Notes under the pieces: generated by a model
Told to the model about the DNA's origin: nothing
Database searches by the model: none
What the model saw: the letters and a program-made list of their open reading frames with translations, nothing else
Virus record (IMG/VR): IMGVR_UViG_3300012942_000033
Coordinates: 99,512-125,232 of that record
Length of the DNA: 25,721 bases
From: a virus
Lineage: Duplodnaviria; Heunggongvirae; Uroviricota; Caudoviricetes
Direction: 5' to 3' (one strand)
In this document: positions 24,110 to 25,721 of the stretch, one piece after another
Position numbering within the stretch: the first letter of the stretch is position 1
Layout of the letters: the number at the start of each line of letters is the position of its first letter
Position numbers and translations under genes: made by a program

Positions 24110-24251
24110 CTTTCATGTCTCTCGAGACTTCACTAGCTAGATCGGTCTGAACTTCCTCTTGTTGGGTAGCTTCGCTATAGCCCATCATTGAAAGGAAATC
24201 AGCGTCTAGATCGTTCCACCAAGATTCAGGAATGATTTCACGGATCTTCAT
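24090..24251 (-). CDS. small acidic protein (53 aa, MKIREIIPESWWNDLD...), candidate internal head protein
   Basis: Translated manually; minus-strand TAAATA at 24259-24264, 7 nt before the ATG; not in the ORF track. Confidence 0.7.
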   Translation of the reverse strand: MKIREIIPESWWNDLDADFLSMMGYSEATQQEEVQTDLASEVSRDMKAIRQSH

Positions 24252-24349
24252 AACGCCCTATTTATCAGAGAACCAACCCGTTTTGACTATGATAGCAAGG
24301 GTCTAGATTAACCTGGTATAAATAGTGTGGTAGAAGCTAAGAAAAGTTA

Positions 24350-24378
24350 TTGCGTTGGCGCAAGAGGCTCTATATAGT
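24350..24378 (+). promoter_or_regulatory. sigma70-type promoter of the tRNA-Ala unit (with TATAAATA at 24317-24324 upstream)
   Basis: TTGCGT n17 TATAGT. Confidence 0.65.
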
Positions 24379-24387
24379 GGATACATA

Positions 24388-24459
24388 GGGCGGTAACGTC
24401 CTGCTACAGACACCGAGCGAGAAGCGAGGTTAAACCCGGAGGGTCGGGAAGGATGTAGC
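24388..24459 (+). ncRNA. putative small structured RNA in the tRNA-Ala leader
   Basis: GGGCG-GTAA-CGTCC hairpin; GCTACA/TGTAGC closing stem with inner GAC/GTC and CCG/CGG pairs. Confidence 0.35.
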
Positions 24460-24468
24460 GAACCTCTT

Positions 24469-24544
24469 GGGGGATTAGCTCATCTGGGAGAGCGCGTGCT
24501 TTGCAAGCATGAGGTGGTCGGTTCGAGTCCGACATTCTCCACCA
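24469..24544 (+). tRNA. tRNA-Ala(UGC)
   Basis: Full cloverleaf, G3:U70 identity pair, loop TT-TGC-AA, GGTTCGAGTCC, encoded CCA, 76 nt. Confidence 0.96.
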
Positions 24545-24619
24545 AGACAGAGCGAGGAAAGAAATTTTCTCGAAATGTCGAGAAAGTGCTTGACGGATCA
24601 TTCGACAGGCATAAATAGA

Positions 24620-24908
24620 AACACAGATGCCGCTTTTGGTATCACGAGTTTTGAAAGGTAGTTTGATTTCTATGTTACACCTAGGGACCCATATGGAATG
24701 TGGAAAGGCCGGCTTGAAAGCCGTATCCTTTACCACAGCCGCTATGGGCACCGAATGGTCGCAGCGTAGTGAGCAAATTACCCGCCCGGTCTATAAGCCA
24801 AATACGCTCGATAGCGCCGGGGCCGAACCAGATGGAGGAAGTGGTTTTTAACTGCTAGCACTCCAAGAAGGTTTTAAGGCCCCGGATCCGAAAGGTTCCG
24901 GGGCTTTT
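24620..24908 (+). ncRNA. putative ~290-nt structured RNA (alternatively a leaderless 74-aa ORF 24627..24851)
   Basis: TTGACG (24590) and TAAATA (24612) upstream, terminator downstream; nested stems CCCATA/TATGGG, TGTGG-AAAGG/CCTTTACCACA, CGGCT/AGCCG. Confidence 0.45.
24876..24908 (+). terminator. intrinsic terminator
   Basis: GCCCCGGA-TCC-GAAA-GGT-TCCGGGGC then TTTT. Confidence 0.85.
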
Positions 24909-24977
24909 CATTTCAACGCTTGCGGCTTCGGCCAACAGCACAGACGCAGAAGATTTTAGAGGTCGGCGAAAAAGTTG

Positions 24978-25006
24978 TTGACACGCTCTAAAAACCCTGC
25001 TAGAAT
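24978..25006 (+). promoter_or_regulatory. strong sigma70-type promoter of the tRNA cluster
   Basis: TTGACA n17 TAGAAT with GC extension; second TTGACA at 25078. Confidence 0.8.
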
Positions 25007-25340
25007 GAGATCGGACGGAGATGTGTTAGACACAACGACGTCTTCCGAAAAGCGTAGAAAGCTCTTCGGTTAAGAGATTGACAAACTTCTGGCGAAACGC
25101 ATAGCGTGGAGTTGGTTGTAAGTCAAGTGGCACATGCGGAACGCGACTGCGGGATAGCCACTCTAAATAAACCCAAATGGGCGGCGCCGAGGATGAAACC
25201 GGTGGTGAGAACACCGGGAGTAAAATTCAGACGCAGTGATTGCGTCCTAGGGCGAGATGAGACATGATGCTCTCATCGGCGGTCAACCCAGAAGTGCCTG
25301 GGAATATAGATCGCACATCACAAACAAAAGGCCAAATCAT

Positions 25341-25416
25341 CGGGGTATAGCGCAGGTGGTAGCGCGTTCGTCTGGGGGACGAGAGGTCGCAGGTTCGAAC
25401 CCTGCTATCCCGACCA
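25341..25416 (+). tRNA. tRNA-Pro(GGG)
   Basis: CGGGGTA/TATCCCG acceptor, A73, CCA; loop CT-GGG-GG; GGTTCGAACCC. Confidence 0.95.
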
Positions 25417-25431
25417 AACAAACTGTTTCAT

Positions 25432-25516
25432 TCCGGTATGGTGAAATTGGTAGATACGGCGCACTGTTAATGCGTTGCTGAAAAGCGTGGAGGTTCGAGT
25501 CCTTCTACCGGAGCCA
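25432..25516 (+). tRNA. tRNA-Asn(GUU) with a long variable arm (85 nt)
   Basis: TCCGGTA/TACCGGA, G73, CCA; stem GCGCA/TGCGT with loop CT-GTT-AA; 13-nt variable region TGCT-GAAA-AGCG-T. Confidence 0.88.
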
Positions 25517-25603
25517 ATAGGAGCGCTGTCATCCTCCTTCCACCGTTCGGTGAGGTGGTGTTCCCGCAAAAGCGCGGGGCTAACAAAGCGACAGCAAATT
25601 CAT

Positions 25604-25680
25604 CTAGGTGTGGCCCAATCAGGTAAGGCGTTCCCTTCGGGAGGGAGAGATTGGAGGTTCGAATCCTCTCACCTAGACCA
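25604..25680 (+). tRNA. tRNA-Pro(CGG)
   Basis: CTAGGTG/CACCTAG, A73, CCA; loop TT-CGG-GA; GGTTCGAATCC. Confidence 0.93.
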
Positions 25681-25687
25681 ACAACAT

Positions 25688-25721
25688 GCGCGGTTAGCAC
25701 AATGGTAGTGCGACCGGCCGA
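25688..25721 (+). tRNA. 5' half of a tRNA truncated by the window end; isotype not determinable
   Basis: GCGCGGT-TA-GCAC-AATGGTA-GTGC D-arm. Confidence 0.75.

Noticed and set aside
24403-24459. SRP (4.5S) RNA
   Set aside because: Only the outer helix is similar; the conserved CAGG-GNRA-AGCAG helix-8 motif is missing
24786-24799. Minus-strand GGCTTATAGACCGG resembling the RNase P RNA 3' end
   Set aside because: The matching 5' GAGGAAAGTCC is absent on that strand, and promoter/terminator polarity is on the + strand
24819-24870. GGGGCCGAAC resembling the start of the alphaproteobacterial two-piece tmRNA coding piece
   Set aside because: No preceding T-arm/CCA acceptor piece, and a terminator follows within ~60 nt with no tag frame
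25190-25228. Hammerhead-like GATGA-stem-GTAAA
   Set aside because: Core CUGAUGA and GAAA are not intact
24404-25708. ORF-track entries 24404..24751, 25026..25214, 25227..25421, 25257..25481, 25467..25700 and 25475..25708
   Set aside because: They run across tRNA genes and structured spacers, have no RBS and show atypical composition
1-25721. Alternative genetic code, rRNA, transposase/IS, reverse transcriptase or integrase
   Set aside because: Genes tile the window densely under the standard code using all three stops, and no signatures of these features were recognised

Overview
This window looks like an accessory region of a large lytic dsDNA phage genome. It is probably a T4-related jumbo myophage of an alphaproteobacterial host; this is inferred from TAAATA late-promoter motifs, TTGAC-n17-(GC)TAnnnT early promoters and a GcrA-like HTH, not from a database search. 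Most ORFs are short + strand hypothetical genes arranged as promoter/RBS cassettes. Recognisable host-interaction genes are ribosomal protein bS21, ClpS, a NUDIX hydrolase, a DUF3307-like membrane protein, a SpoT/Mesh1-type HD hydrolase, a stand-alone WYL protein, an ADP-ribosylglycohydrolase, a P-loop kinase, a SprT-like metalloprotease and an HNH nuclease. A tRNA cluster starts near 24.4 kb (Ala-UGC, Pro-GGG, an Asn-GUU with a long variable arm, Pro-CGG, one truncated by the window edge), and an isolated degenerate Arg-UCU tRNA lies at 17.5 kb. The most interesting unexplained signals are: (1) a PD-(D/E)xK-like nuclease fused to a GcrA-like HTH; (2) a dispersed, late-promoter-linked set of proteins with an N-terminal M(K/R)xxE(I/L) motif resembling the T4 capsid-targeting sequence; (3) a ~390-nt promoter-to-terminator structured non-coding unit at 6525-6915, plus several smaller structured RNAs; (4) the type II-bodied tRNA-Asn; and (5) an AGA-containing leaderless mini-ORF directly upstream of the Arg-UCU tRNA. 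All functional calls come from motif recognition by eye; no searches were run.
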